DNA from: a virus
Lineage: Duplodnaviria > Caudoviricetes
Strand: one strand, 5' to 3'
DNA: 61,200 nt
Virus record (IMG/VR): IMGVR_UViG_3300023184_009672
Location: 1 to 61,200 of that record
The stretch's first letter is position 1, and every line of letters begins with the position of its first letter. The position numbers were made by a program, and so were the translations under genes. The notes beneath the pieces are model-generated. The model had not been told where the DNA came from. It ran no database searches and worked only from the letters and a program-made list of their open reading frames with translations. Positions 58,745 to 61,200 of the stretch are shown here, piece by piece.

Positions 58745-61200
58745 ACACAGGAATACAATTAACATTAAATTTTGATCTAAAAGCTCCGCTTCCATTAGAT
58801 CAAAGATTATCAGTAAATACAACATCAGAATTAAATTCTATTCCTAATCCATATTCTGGGATGCCCGTTTATTCTGCAGATACTCAAACAATATATTATT
58901 TAAAAAATATTATAAATGATCAAAAAACTTGGTCTCCTTTTCCATCAGCAGATCAGTTTGTTGGAATTACTGGGGATCAAAGCATTTCTGGAATTAAAAA
59001 TTTTGATACTTATCCGATGGTAAATGTACTAGGACAGATGAAAAGAGTAATAACTCAAGGAGATCAATCTTTGGGTGCACTTAGCGGTATTCCAAATTTT
59101 CCACAAAACGCAGTATATAATGATAATATATTAATGAATTGTAATCCTAGCGGATATTTAACTGGAGATGGATATAGTGGAAATTATGATGGAGGATATT
59201 TTTTTGGAAGGACGAAGATAACTCAAAATACAAACAGAATTGTAGAAACTGGGATTGGTAGTAATTTTATTCCAGTAACAGGAACATCAGTAGTAAATGG
59301 TACCCCATTTTCAGGAGGATGGAGATGGTTATCATGCAGCAGCGATGCAAAATATATAACAGCTTCTATGGAATATAGCAATCTTTATTCTTCAAATGAT
59401 TTTGGAAAAACTTGGTATGCAACAGCTAAAAATGTTGAAAATAGAAGCTGGAGAGGAATATCTCTGAGCGCTGATGGTAAATATCAAACCGCTGTCGCCA
59501 CCCCTCAACAAGGTTTAACTGGGATAGCTGTTGTTTCAAAAGATTATGGTACTTCATGGTCTGTTAAAGTATTAGGAAATTCAGATGCAACAACTGATTT
59601 CACTGCAGTCGCTGTTAGCTCTGATGGTAAATATCAGACTATCATTTATAATAATGGTACCTTTGCCCCAGTCTATATTTATAGGTCTAGTGATTATGGA
59701 AACAATTTTAGTCAAGTTGGTCCAATCGCCAATTCTGCAGTTAATACAATGCAAAATTTGAGATTTTTAGCAATGAGTAGCGATGGAAGATATCAAACTA
59801 TTGTTGGGCCTAAATATATTTTAACTTCTTCTGATTATGGTTTGACTTGGAGAGAAGCTCTTAGATCTCCAAATGATTCTTCCACAGGCAATACGCCATT
59901 CTTTTCGGTTACAATGAGTACAGATGGAAGATTCCAGGTAGTCGTAACTTCTGGTAATAATAGTAATGATGGAGAAGTTTACATTTCTAATGATTATGGA
60001 TATACTTGGAAACTTACAAAAAGTTTTGGTAGATTTATGCCATTTACTTCAGTTTCTAATAGTGACCATGGTAGATTATTAGTAATGAGCGCAAAAAATG
60101 GGTTTATCTATGTTTCAAATGATTATGGAAATAATTGGAAATTAAAAACTACAAAACAAAATTATACCACTAATCTAACTCAAGCGATTGACGGAACTTC
60201 CTTAACTATTAATGTAGCTTCAGTAGTAGGTATTGTGGCAAGAACAACAAATACCATGCCTTCTAGTGGAGCAAGCTTTTTATTAATCGATAACGAAATA
60301 GTTCATATAACTTTTGTGAATGGCAATACTCTTACTGTTTCTAGAGGATGGGGAGGAACGACTGCAACCGACCATCCTAATGGAGCACAAGTTATACTTT
60401 CAAATCATTGGCATAGATTAGTGATGAGTAATGATGGGAAATATATAATAGCAGCAGATAATAATTATGGAGATCCATCTAATGGAAATACAAAAGGTGG
60501 ATATCTTTATATTTCTACGGCAGACGAAAAAATTGATGGAAATTTTTATGCAGATAATTTAGTTTATAATGTTGGAGATCAAATTATCAGTGGAACTAAA
60601 AACTTTATAAGCCGTCCACAGTTTAATGGGTCGAATCTTGCAACAACTGCTGAAGCAGCGGCAGGAGGAGGAGCAGCTATTACTGATTACGTTAAACTTA
60701 CGACAGATCAAACTATCGCTGGAACTAAAACGTTTTCTAGCACTATAGCTGGGTCAATTAATGGTAACGCTGCTACGGTGACTAACGGAGTTTATACTGC
60801 TGGAACTCAAACTATCGCTGGAACGAAAACATTTTCTGATGGAGTCATTTCAAGCGTAGGTGTTACTGGTACGAATTTAGTTTACAATACTGGAACTCAA
60901 ACTATCGCTGGAACGAAAACATTTTCTACCACTATAGCTGGGTCAATTAATGGTAACGCTGCTACGGTGACTAACGGAGTTTATACTGCTGGAGATCAAA
61001 CTATCGCTGGGACGAAAACATTTTCTACCACTATAGCTGGGTCAATTAATGGTAACGCTGCTACTGTGACTAACGGAGTTTATACTGCTGGAGATCAAAC
61101 TATCGCTGGGACGAAAACATTTTCTACCACTATAGCTGGGTCAATTAATGGTAACGCTGCTACTGTGACTAACGGAGTTTATACTGCTGGAGATCAAACT
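58741..61200 (+). CDS. Large tail fibre/receptor-binding protein with Asp-box beta-propeller (runs off window end)
   Basis: Open from ATG 58741 (MNTGIQLTLNFDLKAPLPLDQR); repeated S.DYG.TW and SSDGKYQT blades; QTIAGTKTF repeats. Confidence 0.8.
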   Translation, partial: MNTGIQLTLNFDLKAPLPLDQRLSVNTTSELNSIPNPYSGMPVYSADTQTIYYLKNIINDQKTWSPFPSADQFVGITGDQSISGIKNFDTYPMVNVLGQMKRVITQGDQSLGALSGIPNFPQNAVYNDNILMNCNPSGYLTGDGYSGNYDGGYFFGRTKITQNTNRIVETGIGSNFIPVTGTSVVNGTPFSGGWRWLSCSSDAKYITASMEYSNLYSSNDFGKTWYATAKNVENRSWRGISLSADGKYQTAVATPQQGLTGIAVVSKDYGTSWSVKVLGNSDATTDFTAVAVSSDGKYQTIIYNNGTFAPVYIYRSSDYGNNFSQVGPIANSAVNTMQNLRFLAMSSDGRYQTIVGPKYILTSSDYGLTWREALRSPNDSSTGNTPFFSVTMSTDGRFQVVVTSGNNSNDGEVYISNDYGYTWKLTKSFGRFMPFTSVSNSDHGRLLVMSAKNGFIYVSNDYGNNWKLKTTKQNYTTNLTQAIDGTSLTINVASVVGIVARTTNTMPSSGASFLLIDNEIVHITFVNGNTLTVSRGWGGTTATDHPNGAQVILSNHWHRLVMSNDGKYIIAADNNYGDPSNGNTKGGYLYISTADEKIDGNFYADNLVYNVGDQIISGTKNFISRPQFNGSNLATTAEAAAGGGAAITDYVKLTTDQTIAGTKTFSSTIAGSINGNAATVTNGVYTAGTQTIAGTKTFSDGVISSVGVTGTNLVYNTGTQTIAGTKTFSTTIAGSINGNAATVTNGVYTAGDQTIAGTKTFSTTIAGSINGNAATVTNGVYTAGDQTIAGTKTFSTTIAGSINGNAATVTNGVYTAGDQT
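60709..61200 (+). repeat. 99-bp (33-aa) coding tandem repeat
   Basis: CAAACTATCGCTGG at 60709, 60808, 60898, 60997, 61096 and partial at 61195. Confidence 0.92.

Noticed and set aside
1-61200. Stop-codon reassignment
   Set aside because: Conserved genes are full length in the standard code and no suppressor tRNA was found
54324-61200. Diversity-generating retroelement acting on tail fibres
   Set aside because: No reverse transcriptase and no TR/VR pair differing at adenines

Overview
AT-rich segment of a large tailed dsDNA phage genome in the standard genetic code; no capsid, polymerase or integrase gene is visible in the window. Layout: (1) 1-28.2 kb, + strand early/middle genes (FMN reductase, UV endonuclease, ATP-dependent ligase, rIIA/rIIB, RuvB-like ATPase, Ogg-like glycosylase, deaminase, 3D protein, MazG, many small ORFs), many expressed from sigma70-like promoters placed 5-7 nt before the ATG (leaderless). 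(2) 29.3-42.6 kb, an accessory region of 1-3 gene cassettes (DUF932, ArdC, Gp88-like, SleB-like hydrolase, tRNAs) converging at about 36.9 kb. It is punctuated by 14 full copies of a rigid 75-bp element (27-bp IHF-consensus quasi-palindrome + 21-bp CCTCCCT-core spacer + 27-bp quasi-palindrome) and 8 copies of a 36-bp GATC-bounded repeat, partly assembled into 235-bp A-B-B-A composites. (3) 42.9-61.2 kb, + strand late region (HNH, PhoH, sigma factor, ERCC4 nuclease, terminase, portal, tail/fibre proteins) with a recurrent GTGTAA upstream motif. Other highlights: region-specific absence of CATG/GCGC/CGCG (first 25 kb) and ACGT (first 44.5 kb), odd tRNAs (Ser-ACT, Ile-TAT with long arm, Leu-TAA with short arm) and several promoter-linked structured RNA candidates. 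Product calls come from motifs recognised by eye, counts are manual, and no database was searched.
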